A stretch of 64,000 bases of DNA from positions 1 to 64,000 of the forward strand of contig CAZOOK010000002.1 in NCBI GenBank assembly GCA_964581385.1, written 5' to 3'. The notes under the pieces were generated by a model. The model searched no databases. It saw nothing but the letters and a program-made list of their open reading frames with translations, and was not told where the DNA came from. The translations under genes were made by a program, and so were the position numbers. Below are positions 40,693 to 50,762 of the stretch, one piece after another (position 1 is the stretch's first letter; every line of letters begins with the position of its first letter). This stretch comes from an uncultured Salinisphaerales bacterium (lineage in GTDB: Bacteria > Pseudomonadota > Gammaproteobacteria > Nevskiales > Nevskiaceae).

Positions 40693-42011
40693 CGTGCCAT
40701 TAAATCGGAAAGCACCACAATTGGAGGCGTACCTCCGATCTGCGCTTCATGCAGACGCAGGCCGGTCGGCTCCAGAACGCTTTCACCCAATAGCTGGCGC
40801 AGCCACACTTCAGTGCGGATTCGATAGCCTTCGACGTTGGCGTATCCGGCAAGAGGCATCAATGTCACCAGTATTTTTCCGTGATCGTTCTCGGTTTGCC
40901 AATAACTGTCGCCCTGGCGTACGCGCCGCAGGGCCTCCATATATAAGCGATCCTGGTCCGGTCCCTTCTGGCACACCAGCGCGACCAATCTCGATTCCAG
41001 ACCGACGGTTCGATACAACCGATCCAATCTCATGATCTCGGCGGCGAAGTCCAGCGGACAGCCGGGAAGTTGCGCGGTAATCAAGGCGGCCTCCGGGCTG
41101 GTCTGTACCAGATCGGCGTAATAGCCGAGAATGACGGTCAAGAGCTGCAGCGTTTCGGAATTCAGCGCGAGAAATGGCATGCGCTCAACAGTCAGTACAG
41201 CGATCATCTGCTTTGCGCTGGTAAGAACCGGCGCGGCAATAAGATAAGGCGAACGTGTCTCCTGCAGTTCTTCTGTCTGAACGTGGGCCAGCGCCTTACT
41301 CTCCAAGGCATAGTGCAACAGCGCATCAGTGGTATCCAGCGGCTGGGGCAGACCCAGCAACGCCGCCGCAGACGGCACGGGCTGTTCCTGTTTGCAGGGA
41401 TAGAGACTGGCGACTTCCATCCGGCACGCTTTGCCCAGCATCTGCATGAGCCCTGCCGCCGCCGGCAGCACGGATTTCGCGCCGGCCGGCTGAATCATCA
41501 GCGTTCTTAGTTCGAGCAGAGACTCGCGCAGCGTCTTTGGCTTCTCGACGAGTTCCTGCTCCAGCTGATCGTGCGATAGCTTGAGGAGGTAATGCCGCCG
41601 CGTGAGATGTTCGAATTTCTCGCTCAGATACAGGTTGACTTCAGTCACTCGTCGCAGCCGCGCCACCCAGATATCGCAGAACTCGCCGCAGATCAGAGCA
41701 ACCGCCGATACGCCAAGAAAGTAACGCCCTGCGAAATCAAGCGCCACATCGGGATGGAACCGCGCGAAAGCAAACCACGCCGCCGCCGCCAGCACCATCG
41801 CACCCGCCGCAGCCGCGCTGCCGTAGCGCAGGGCAGGAACAATAAGGGCGATCCACACCCAGGGGACGTCGGCCCGTGCCGAAAACCACGCTTCTGGCTC
41901 GAACCATATGCCCGCAGCGACGATCAGCAATACGAATATCGGAACTTCGATGGCGGCCTGCCACAGCGGTCGCTTCGGGGCGACCCACGCAGCCAGATCG
42001 GCAGGCTTCAC
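40683..42011 (-). CDS. pelD: PelD, c-di-GMP-binding receptor (TM + GAF + degenerate GGDEF)
   Basis: 442 aa. Four N-terminal TMs, GAF-like middle and a degenerate GGDEF C-terminus. 10-bp overlap with pelE. Operon context. Confidence 0.75.
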   Translation of the reverse strand: MKPADLAAWVAPKRPLWQAAIEVPIFVLLIVAAGIWFEPEAWFSARADVPWVWIALIVPALRYGSAAAAGAMVLAAAAWFAFARFHPDVALDFAGRYFLGVSAVALICGEFCDIWVARLRRVTEVNLYLSEKFEHLTRRHYLLKLSHDQLEQELVEKPKTLRESLLELRTLMIQPAGAKSVLPAAAGLMQMLGKACRMEVASLYPCKQEQPVPSAAALLGLPQPLDTTDALLHYALESKALAHVQTEELQETRSPYLIAAPVLTSAKQMIAVLTVERMPFLALNSETLQLLTVILGYYADLVQTSPEAALITAQLPGCPLDFAAEIMRLDRLYRTVGLESRLVALVCQKGPDQDRLYMEALRRVRQGDSYWQTENDHGKILVTLMPLAGYANVEGYRIRTEVWLRQLLGESVLEPTGLRLHEAQIGGTPPIVVLSDLMARCR

Positions 42012-42029
42012 GGCGCGAACTAGGGACTT

Positions 42030-42566
42030 TTAGTGAGATGAAGCAAGCGCAGCACCGAGCAGCTGATCGATCAGATCCTGCGCCACAGCACTCACCGCCT
42101 GCCGGCTCCATCCGGTCTTGGCGGCGGTGCCGGACCATAAGATCTTACCGGTCCCGACATCGATCACCGAGAGCGTCAGCGAAACCGCCGGCTCGCCATC
42201 CAGGCCGACCTTGTAACGCCATTCGTCGACGGTACCGGCAAAGGCATAGCGGGCACCCTCCTTCCGCGCCCACTCGAGGGCAGCCTGCTGGGCTTTGAAA
42301 TCGGGAACTACAGGGAGATCGGCGGACGATCCATCGACCATCGGCGCCACCGTCAGGTCACTGATGCCGTGAATGCGTATCAGGCTATTCAATACTGCGT
42401 CCATGCGTGCGCCGGCGGCAGGCGTCTCGGTATCGTTGACGCTCGGCAGTAAGACCCAGCGTGCGCTGCGATCGAGCGCTACCGGCGATGCCGTGTGCAC
42501 CGAGGAACAAGCTCCGAGACAGAGAATGAAGAGCAGGCTGACCGCGCGAACAACTGCCATTTTCAT
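42030..42566 (-). CDS. pelC: PelC outer-membrane lipoprotein
   Basis: 178 aa from the ATG at 42566. Lipobox LCLGAC. Length and position match PelC. Confidence 0.7.
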   Translation of the reverse strand: MKMAVVRAVSLLFILCLGACSSVHTASPVALDRSARWVLLPSVNDTETPAAGARMDAVLNSLIRIHGISDLTVAPMVDGSSADLPVVPDFKAQQAALEWARKEGARYAFAGTVDEWRYKVGLDGEPAVSLTLSVIDVGTGKILWSGTAAKTGWSRQAVSAVAQDLIDQLLGAALASSH

Positions 42567-42601
42567 GTGTGCCCTCGTATTCAGCTTCGATGACGACGTA
42601 C

Positions 42602-45600
42602 TTAGAAAAGTAAGAAGTAGCACAATCGAACCAGGAATGACGTTTCACCCTGGGTCACTCCACCGCGTCCTCCTTCGGCGCCGAGGCTCAGACGATCGCC
42701 ACCGATTACGGAGCCGCCAAGGCCGGTGCGATAGTTATAACCCCAGCCCGAGGGATCGGTGTAGTCGACACCGAGCGCGAGATACGGACGCCAGCGACGT
42801 TCATAATGATCGGGGTCGCTTTCATTGACCGACCAATCCAAGCCAACCTGCGAAAAGCTCGACGGCATGAAAAACGACGGCGACGGCGCTTCACCGGCCG
42901 GGATCAAAGGCAGCAGCGAAGAACTGATCTGCCCCCCATCCGTCGTATACCAGCCGCGCGTAGCGGTGAGTGTAACCGTCTCCCGGTGAACTTCGTTCAG
43001 GCGATAGGAAACGCTGCCGCTAAACACGTAGCCGCTGCCCAGTGCACTGCCATCTTGTCCCGAGAAGTGATCCTTCGCCATGCTCGCCGTCATCACCAGC
43101 CTGGGCAAGAGCGCCCATTTCAAATGCAGGTCGGCACGGTCGCGGTAGCCGGCCACTCGCAAGCGAACCGACTCGGTCGCTTCTTCGCCGCGTGCCACGC
43201 CGACCCCCACTTCGATAGCCTTCGCGGCCTTGAGATTAAATGCAAGCTTCAGATGGGTCCAATCCGTCATGCCCTGACGTGCTCCGACGGTGAGATGCGC
43301 ATCGCCGCGCGGCAAGGTTTGTATCAACGAGACATCGGCACCCGTCTGTCCGGAAATCGCCGATCCCAATTGGTTCGTATCCAGACTCCGCGGCCGCAGT
43401 GACGACAGACGCGCCTCGACGCGCGTGTTTTCGGCCAGACGATGCTCCCCACTCATCCCGTATTGCCACCAAGACAACGGACCTTGCCTGCCGAACTCAG
43501 TCGAAGCACCGCCTGCATTGGCTGCGTTCGTCAAAAGGTCCTGCAGCTGCTCGCTTTGCTGGTCGTCGTTCGGTGATTGCTCGGCGCCCTCGTACGCGAG
43601 CTGCACAGCGGTCCTCCGGTGACCGAGGACGAGCGCCGCTTCGGCACGATCCGCATCGCTCAGCTTGGAGAATCGCGCGCTCTGCATGATGCGGGAAATC
43701 TGTCCGGTATCGCCGTTCGCGCTGGCTTCACCGAAGGCAATGTATTCGGGAATGGACGCCGGATCCGGATACAGCCGGCGAATTGCCGCGCTCGTCGCTT
43801 CCCCGTCAGCGACGCCTTGCAGCCAGTCGATGAACATGTTCCGGTACTCGGCACTCCACGCCGCCGGGATGTCATTTTGCGCGGATAGCACGTGGCGCCA
43901 GGCAATCAGCGCGGCGTCGGGAGACAACCGATCAAGCCGATCCGCGAACAATGCAGCTTCCAGTTCACGGCGATCGTTGGGTGACATGTCCCGCTTGCGC
44001 GATCCGTATCCCGCCGCGACACGCCGCATTAGAGCCGACGCACGATCGGGATATCCCGCAGCTTTTAAGGCAACAGCCAGAGACGTCTGTGCAAGCAGGT
44101 TGCGCGGCTGCGCGCGATAGCGAGCTGTAGCGTAGGGAATCGCCGACGCCGGTTCGTGGAGCGCCATCCATCCATCTGCCCAAGTGCTCCAGAGACCGGC
44201 ATCGCTATGAGCCGGTCGCTCATACCGGATGAGAACGCGGCGCAGGGCTGGCAGATCGTTTTGTCTCTGCAGCAGGGAAACCAGATTCGCGAGGAGTGAG
44301 GTTCGACTCGGATCGACCTGCAGTCCACGATAGTAGTCGTTTCGGGCGGCGGCAAACTCCCCGACCTGCTCGTGATAAACACCGCGTTGGATCAGGAAGT
44401 CGGGGTTCTTTTCAAGGATCTCGATCTCGCGGGGCGTTAACGCAGCGAGAAATGCGGCGCTACGCGCCGGGGCATGGGCTTCGTTCCAGATATCCAAAGC
44501 TGCGACCGCCTCGAACGGGTGGCCGAAACGCCGGAACAAATCCACGTGCAGTGGTGCTGCCGCCAGAGGTTCTTTCCATCCCAGCAACGAGGCATAGTTA
44601 AAGAGATCGATCTCGCGCGCTCGGCCGGACGAAACGAGAACCCGATATGCGGAGCGGGCCTGGTCATCGTGACCCAGCAGGCGCGACAGATCGCTATACA
44701 TCTGCCAGTAACCCACATCCGAAGTTGCCATGCGCGGCGCCACCGATGCCAGGCTGATATAGGCCGAACGCAACTCACCATCGCCATAGAGCAAACCCGC
44801 CCGCCGCACGACCCAGGCCTCTGCGGGCCCATAAGTGTCGATCAAGTGATCCAGGGCCTTTATCGCCAGAGCATCCTGACCGGATCGCTCCGCCAGCCCG
44901 GCGATGCTCTCGTCACGCGCGCGCGTGGATGGCAGTGATTGCAGAAAACCGATCCCCTCCATCGGCCGGCCGACTTGCTCATAGGCATCGACGACGTGGA
45001 CCACTACCTCAGGATTGTGCGAGTGTCCGGCCGCGAAATGCGCCCAATAGGCCAGCAGGGCTTCATCGTCATACACGCTCGGCGCCAGCCGTTTGATCGC
45101 CTCCCAGGCTGCACTTTCATCGTCTTTGCGCGCGATCACTTGCCATGCCGCGAGCGCTTCGACCGGATGTCCTGACCACTCCGCCGACTGCGCCAGTCGA
45201 TGCCGCCAGACAGAATCGTCCGGACGCTGCGCGACTGCGACAGATGCCACGCTGTACGCGGCGCTGACTTCGCTATGCTCGATGAATGCTTGATAGCTCA
45301 GCGTGTAAGCCGTGTCGTCGAACCGCTGTTCCGGCGCCAGCGCTTCCAGCATCCGCGCGGCAGTAAACGCCGCGACATCGGGACGATTCGCGGCGCGCGC
45401 AACCTGGACCACCAATTCCTGCGCCTGCCAGTCGTCAGAGAAATCTTTGACGTGGCTTTGCGCAGCCTGCAGCGCTTCGTTGACGAGTCCATCAGCCTGC
45501 AAAGCGTGCAAACCTTGCTCAAATGCACCTCGTCGCGCATCACCGGTCGGCGCGTCACGCAATGATGCCAGCCAGTTGGCGGCGGCATCGCGATACAGAC

Positions 45601-46213
45601 CTTGCGACAGATCCGCTTCGGCAAGCTTGCCGTAAAGGCGGAACCTGCCGAGAGCGCTTCCCTGCCAGCGATTGATGAACCGCAGAGCCAGTGTCGGCGC
45701 TCCCACAGCCGTGGACTGTTGCGCAAGCCTTTGCAAATAATTGTCGTCCCAATCGTAAGCACTCAAGCGCTGCAAATAGTAGCGGCAGTCGGAACGGGCC
45801 CGGCTGCTGGCCGGACTGCCCGCCGGAGCGCTCCATAACTGCTGCCATCGGACATCCAGCATCGTCAACTCAGCGTCGCGGCGAAATGGACTGCCCGCCG
45901 CTGTCGATTCCAAAAGGGGAATCAGGAGGCGCTCGGCTTTGTCCAGCGCTCCTTGCGCAATCAGTCTGCGGACCAGCGCCACTCTGATCTCGCCGTCATT
46001 CGGCTGAGCACGCAGCCACGCGTTCAGATAGGCGACGGTCAGCGGATCCAGCGCCACCGCCTCTGCGGAAATTTTGCGCTGAAATCCCGCTCCCGGAAAA
46101 AGCGCAACCATCACCAGCAGAATCACGCCTCCAAGAATCGCCAATTCCGGGAGGGTGATAAAGCGCTCGCGGCTACGAGGTGGGACAGCGGAATTTAAGC
46201 GTGACGCTTTCAT
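42602..46213 (-). CDS. pelB: PelB, TPR-rich periplasmic scaffold plus C-terminal outer-membrane porin
   Basis: 1203 aa (P. aeruginosa PelB is about 1190 aa). N-terminal TM, many TPR-like repeats, C-terminal beta-barrel with a terminal aromatic (LLF). Confidence 0.8.
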   Translation of the reverse strand: MKASRLNSAVPPRSRERFITLPELAILGGVILLVMVALFPGAGFQRKISAEAVALDPLTVAYLNAWLRAQPNDGEIRVALVRRLIAQGALDKAERLLIPLLESTAAGSPFRRDAELTMLDVRWQQLWSAPAGSPASSRARSDCRYYLQRLSAYDWDDNYLQRLAQQSTAVGAPTLALRFINRWQGSALGRFRLYGKLAEADLSQGLYRDAAANWLASLRDAPTGDARRGAFEQGLHALQADGLVNEALQAAQSHVKDFSDDWQAQELVVQVARAANRPDVAAFTAARMLEALAPEQRFDDTAYTLSYQAFIEHSEVSAAYSVASVAVAQRPDDSVWRHRLAQSAEWSGHPVEALAAWQVIARKDDESAAWEAIKRLAPSVYDDEALLAYWAHFAAGHSHNPEVVVHVVDAYEQVGRPMEGIGFLQSLPSTRARDESIAGLAERSGQDALAIKALDHLIDTYGPAEAWVVRRAGLLYGDGELRSAYISLASVAPRMATSDVGYWQMYSDLSRLLGHDDQARSAYRVLVSSGRAREIDLFNYASLLGWKEPLAAAPLHVDLFRRFGHPFEAVAALDIWNEAHAPARSAAFLAALTPREIEILEKNPDFLIQRGVYHEQVGEFAAARNDYYRGLQVDPSRTSLLANLVSLLQRQNDLPALRRVLIRYERPAHSDAGLWSTWADGWMALHEPASAIPYATARYRAQPRNLLAQTSLAVALKAAGYPDRASALMRRVAAGYGSRKRDMSPNDRRELEAALFADRLDRLSPDAALIAWRHVLSAQNDIPAAWSAEYRNMFIDWLQGVADGEATSAAIRRLYPDPASIPEYIAFGEASANGDTGQISRIMQSARFSKLSDADRAEAALVLGHRRTAVQLAYEGAEQSPNDDQQSEQLQDLLTNAANAGGASTEFGRQGPLSWWQYGMSGEHRLAENTRVEARLSSLRPRSLDTNQLGSAISGQTGADVSLIQTLPRGDAHLTVGARQGMTDWTHLKLAFNLKAAKAIEVGVGVARGEEATESVRLRVAGYRDRADLHLKWALLPRLVMTASMAKDHFSGQDGSALGSGYVFSGSVSYRLNEVHRETVTLTATRGWYTTDGGQISSSLLPLIPAGEAPSPSFFMPSSFSQVGLDWSVNESDPDHYERRWRPYLALGVDYTDPSGWGYNYRTGLGGSVIGGDRLSLGAEGGRGGVTQGETSFLVRLCYFLLF

Positions 46214-48995
46214 GCGCCTCCACTCGGTAGCTGGACTGCGTGCCGATCGTTCGAAATGGGGCTAGAGAACCGTCGCTTGAGAACGCCTGACAGCGCTGGC
46301 CGTCGGCCATTTCGAACTCGATCGGCTGGTACCCGCGCAACTGCAGCTCAAGCTGGTTGCCTTTATGTTCGATCTTCTCAACCCGGCCGTTGACGGACAC
46401 CAGGTGTGGAACCGGCGTCAAATCAGCCGTCGTCGCAAGCTCGGCGTGACCCTGCGATAGGGTGATGTAACGTGCACCGTCTGCGTCGGCGATGCCTGCA
46501 ACATTTGAACTTTTGGTCCAATCGATTCCGGTGGATCCGGCCGCAATCCTCACGGTCCGGATGCTGCCGTCTCCCCGCAGACGATAGCTGCCGTCGAGAT
46601 TCCGGGCGACGGCGAAATGATTGAAATCGAGCACCTTGCGGATGTAGTCGGACGCGAAGACGGGGGTGACCTGCTGACTCAGTGCCCAGTCATAGACTTT
46701 CCGGAGCGCCGCAAGGGAAGCCGTCTTGGTTGCCGAATAGAAGTGGTAATAGATATCGATCGGCTTGAACCGATACGGATGTCCAGTCAACTCGAAAGTT
46801 TCGATATCGCGCTCGAACCCGTAGAACGGACCGTTCCACAAATGGGTGTAGACGTTCTCATTCTGGTTTGGCGCGAAAACCTGAAAGCCATCACCGCGCG
46901 GCAAGCCGGGACCGGCCATCTGCGTCCACGAATTCGCCGATCGGGTGATGGTGGTCTCGCCGCCATTCATGTTGAGCACGCCGAGCCGATGGACTTCTTG
47001 CAAAGCGTCGGCTGTGGCGACGCAATTGCCCGTCCACAGAAATATGGCGACGGTCTTGCCCGTGGGTAGCAGTCGCTTATTGATGTAGTTGATCGATCCT
47101 GCGATTTCACGGTCCACCGAGTAGACGTAATTCGGGATCGGCAGGTGATAGGACTCCGCGTTATCAGACGGATCCTCGGCGAATCCCCAGTTGAAAGGAT
47201 GAGAGTAGGAATGGCTGGCGGCTTCCACCCACGGCAGCGCAAATATCTTCCGCGCAGCGGCCTCGAGACGCGGCGATTGCTGCGGGTACAACCCGTCGGG
47301 CCCAATCTCTCCTTCGATCACCGAGACTGTAGTGGGAATGCGATAGCGCATCAGGACATCGCTGTACAACGCCTCGCCCGCAACGGCGTGATCGGAGCGC
47401 TCCGCAACATTCATGAAGCCATCGCCGTCGATATGCACCATCAGCATTCGACGACCGCCTTCGGTAGTGATGTCCGGAACGGGAGCGTCTCTGGGCAAGG
47501 CTAAAGCCGCCGACAGAAAGTCCAGTGGATTGACGAACCAGCGCTCCTTGCCGGAACCAGCCAGAGAATCCTCCACGTAGGGCGCCAGTACATATCCTCC
47601 CCAAGGCATCAGTGCCGCCGGGTGGTAGGTGACGGCGGGGTCGCCGGCCGACTGCAGCGTAATCAACGGCCGCCCCAGCCCCTTCAGGCGTACCGGAAAT
47701 ATGTCGCTTTCCCGGGGCCCCACCGGGAGCTCGAAATTCATCATCGGATCGGTGGCAGCCACGGCCAGCCGCTCGGCCTTGTTTCTTTCCGAAACGCCAA
47801 GACCGAGTTTTTCCCACATCGGACTCTCGATCGGGACACCGAAACGACCGATGACCGCCAGATGCAGCCCCTCGTCGATATTTTCCAGTAACCAGGGAAC
47901 CAGACGTTTGCTGGAAGCAACCTCATCGCTGCCGAACCACATGATGAGACCCGCGTACCTGTCGGCAAGATGGCCGCCCGGCAAAGGGTCTTCAATCGAT
48001 CGGTACTCGGGCACCAACCCCAAGTAGGCGAACGGCGCACCGAGGAAGCGCTGCGCATCCAAGTACACCACGTCGGATGCCTCCCTGGGGTCATACAAGA
48101 CCAATACCTTGCGCGGAATCACTTCCACTTCGCCGACACCCAGCGCATCGAGATCCGGCGTGGCAACCCATGGGATATAGCCCAAGGCACGAATATGGCG
48201 CGCGGTCTCGCGCGCCAGAGGGCGCTCTCGAAACGGCACATAATCGATGACGATCACCGGAAGACCGTAGCGCCGGTGAGCGTCTTCAAGCCGCGGCAAC
48301 AACCACTCGCGGTCCTGTTGACCGACTTCGATAAAACGCCGCTGCGCCGGATCCCATCCGCGGAAGAGAGATTCCGCCGCCAGCATGTATACGCTGTCAT
48401 GGATTTCCGGCAATAACTCAAAGCCGCGATTGAAAATCAAAGCCGCATCGGGAAAACGGCGTTTGATTGCGCGGACGACGGCGATCAAACCCGCCTGCTG
48501 CGCCTGTCGGGCATCGGCAGACGCAGCGAAGCGCTGATAGCTATCGAGGTTATCCAGAAAAAAACCCCGGTATCCTTGCTGCCAGAGCGGCGCGATGACG
48601 TGTTCGACAAAAAAAACCGGCCACTGCGGCTCAGATTCGTCGATCAGCGCCGAATCCCAATTTTCATTGCGACCACGTAGCCAAGCAGCGGGAATGTCCT
48701 GGAAATAACTCCGGCTGCGCTCGACTTCCCCGACGCTGGCGTAGGCAAACAAGCGATGATCGGGGTCCTCGTGAGGCGAAGGATCTGGCACATTTTCCGG
48801 CTGAACGACGACGACATCGAAAACCCGCAGCTCGTTCCAGGGAGGGTGACTGCCGTAATAAAACGCGACCGCGGGCGAAGGCGCCGCGCTGACTTCAGCG
48901 CTGTACAGGAACGGCAGCCCACTCAATCCAAGGAAAAACGCCGCAGCGGCGAATATGCCTCGATATCGACCCTTTGCAATCGATCGGATGTGCAT
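46173..48995 (-). CDS. pelA: PelA, bifunctional glycoside hydrolase / CE4 deacetylase
   Basis: About 941 aa from the ATG at 48995 (MHIRSIAKG...; signal peptide AAAFFLGLSGLPFLYSAEVSA). N-terminal GH114-like hydrolase and C-terminal deacetylase regions. The ORF track over-extends it to 49232. Confidence 0.85.
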   Translation of the reverse strand: MHIRSIAKGRYRGIFAAAAFFLGLSGLPFLYSAEVSAAPSPAVAFYYGSHPPWNELRVFDVVVVQPENVPDPSPHEDPDHRLFAYASVGEVERSRSYFQDIPAAWLRGRNENWDSALIDESEPQWPVFFVEHVIAPLWQQGYRGFFLDNLDSYQRFAASADARQAQQAGLIAVVRAIKRRFPDAALIFNRGFELLPEIHDSVYMLAAESLFRGWDPAQRRFIEVGQQDREWLLPRLEDAHRRYGLPVIVIDYVPFRERPLARETARHIRALGYIPWVATPDLDALGVGEVEVIPRKVLVLYDPREASDVVYLDAQRFLGAPFAYLGLVPEYRSIEDPLPGGHLADRYAGLIMWFGSDEVASSKRLVPWLLENIDEGLHLAVIGRFGVPIESPMWEKLGLGVSERNKAERLAVAATDPMMNFELPVGPRESDIFPVRLKGLGRPLITLQSAGDPAVTYHPAALMPWGGYVLAPYVEDSLAGSGKERWFVNPLDFLSAALALPRDAPVPDITTEGGRRMLMVHIDGDGFMNVAERSDHAVAGEALYSDVLMRYRIPTTVSVIEGEIGPDGLYPQQSPRLEAAARKIFALPWVEAASHSYSHPFNWGFAEDPSDNAESYHLPIPNYVYSVDREIAGSINYINKRLLPTGKTVAIFLWTGNCVATADALQEVHRLGVLNMNGGETTITRSANSWTQMAGPGLPRGDGFQVFAPNQNENVYTHLWNGPFYGFERDIETFELTGHPYRFKPIDIYYHFYSATKTASLAALRKVYDWALSQQVTPVFASDYIRKVLDFNHFAVARNLDGSYRLRGDGSIRTVRIAAGSTGIDWTKSSNVAGIADADGARYITLSQGHAELATTADLTPVPHLVSVNGRVEKIEHKGNQLELQLRGYQPIEFEMADGQRCQAFSSDGSLAPFRTIGTQSSYRVEAHESVTLKFRCPTS

Positions 48996-49053
48996 TGCCA
49001 ATGGTCGGCACGAGGGCCTGGTACGGTGGACGGGAACACTTAAACCGCATTGT

Positions 49054-50121
49054 TCAAAAAGAGAGCATCTGCAAGGAATCATTTGCCGGCTCCCGATAAC
49101 CGTCGGGATTATTAACCTGCCAGCGCCAGGCATCCCTGCAGATATCCTCGATCGAACTGGTGGTGCGCCAGTTGAGCAGTTGTTTGGCGCGCGCCACGCT
49201 CGCGTAACACACCGGCGCGTCACCGCAAGCACGGCGCGGCGCTATCTTGTGAGGAATCGGTTGCCCGCTAACCCGACGGAAAGCCTGCAGCACCTCCATA
49301 ACGCTGTAGCCTCGGCCGGTGCCGAGATTCACGGTCAACTGCGCCTCATGTTCGAGGATATAACGCAGCGCCGCGACGTGCCCCTCCGCCAGATCCATGA
49401 CATGAATGAAGTCTCGGATACAGGTACCGTCCGGCGTCGCATAGTTGTCGCCGAATACATTGAGGTATTGATGCCGGCCGGCCGCAACTTGTGTAATGAA
49501 CGGCACCAGATTAGCCGGAATACCCCTTGGATCTTCGCCGATGAGTCCGGAACGGTGAGCACCCGCGGGGTTAAAGTATCGCAAGATGCCGATACGCCAT
49601 GAGGGATCGGAAACTTTGAGATCGCCCAGGATCGATTCGATCATGGCCTTACTGCAACCGTAGGGACCGACTGGCCTCAGCGGCGATTCTTCGTTGATCG
49701 GAACCTGGTCAGGTATACCGTAAACCGTAGCGGACGAGCTGAATAGAAATTTTTTGATCCCCTGCTGCTGCAGACACTCGAGTAGCTTGACCGTTCCAGA
49801 GACGTTGTGGTCGTAATACTTCAGCGGCTCGCGAACGGACTCTTCGAGCGATTTCACACCGGCAAAATGAATTGCGGCACAAACCGGGTAAGTCGATATG
49901 ATGCGCCGGATCGCTGCACAGTCGCGGATATCGGAATGACAAAAGATGGGGCGGTGTCCCGTCACCGTTTCCAGACGATCTATCACCCGGCCGTCGGCAT
50001 TGCTGAGATTATCCACAATGATCGGTTCGAATCCCGCCGCCAGAAGCGCGACGCAGGTGTGGGACCCGATGTAGCCGGCTCCGCCTGTGACGAGCACTCG
50101 CTTCGAAATATTTACAGTCAT
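49054..50121 (-). CDS. galE: GalE-family UDP-hexose / UDP-HexNAc 4-epimerase (PelX-like position immediately upstream of pelA)
   Basis: 355 aa. VLVTGGAGYIGSH Rossmann motif, catalytic YGCSK (YxxxK), and full GalE-like length. 58-bp gap to pelA on the same strand. Confidence 0.85.
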   Translation of the reverse strand: MTVNISKRVLVTGGAGYIGSHTCVALLAAGFEPIIVDNLSNADGRVIDRLETVTGHRPIFCHSDIRDCAAIRRIISTYPVCAAIHFAGVKSLEESVREPLKYYDHNVSGTVKLLECLQQQGIKKFLFSSSATVYGIPDQVPINEESPLRPVGPYGCSKAMIESILGDLKVSDPSWRIGILRYFNPAGAHRSGLIGEDPRGIPANLVPFITQVAAGRHQYLNVFGDNYATPDGTCIRDFIHVMDLAEGHVAALRYILEHEAQLTVNLGTGRGYSVMEVLQAFRRVSGQPIPHKIAPRRACGDAPVCYASVARAKQLLNWRTTSSIEDICRDAWRWQVNNPDGYREPANDSLQMLSF

Positions 50122-50762
50122 GCGATCAACCTCTTACGTGCACGCAGAGCGGAAGACCGAATTGGAATGCGATCACTAGTGCCCAAAGTTTGATCCCGCT
50201 CCGCCGTAACGCGTCATATCCCCTTCCGCTCCGTTTGGAGCTCCCACCCATGGAATAGATGAGCGGCATTTCGTCTTTAAAGTTGGATATCGGCAAAATG
50301 CCGGTTAGCTTGAGTCAGCCAGTTGCACGGGAATGTGCGGATACCGAACAAAGCGTTTCGGGCCAGGCACCTGCGGCGTTCCTGCCCGCCGAGCCACTCC
50401 GAGTGCAATGCAACACCGGTCAGCAACTCAACTGTAGTGGATCGGCCGACACATTACCGTGATGCAGTTCACACTGACCATGATGAGATTCGGCGATATC
50501 GACGGACCGGAACGCGGTACGGATGAAGTGGGCGTACCCGTTCTCATGGTGGCGTAGCCCGGAGAAGTGGATAGAGGTAACAAGCATCAATGCCACGGCC
50601 GGTCACGTCTTCGATCGACGTAATCCGCGAGCGCTCTTTTCGCCGGTCCTAGCTGTTGTCGACATTCCAGAGCTTCCCCGCCAACCGCTATAGCGATTGT
50701 TCGCTAGGCCGGCGGAAACACCCAGGATTCGACTACGCACATCTCAATGTTGCGACAGAAAA

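Noticed and set aside
50122-50762. Sigma-54 or FleQ-type promoter upstream of the pel locus
   Set aside because: I looked for TGGCAC-N5-TTGC on the relevant strand and found only GGCAC without the -12 element. I cannot support a specific promoter call without a matrix search.
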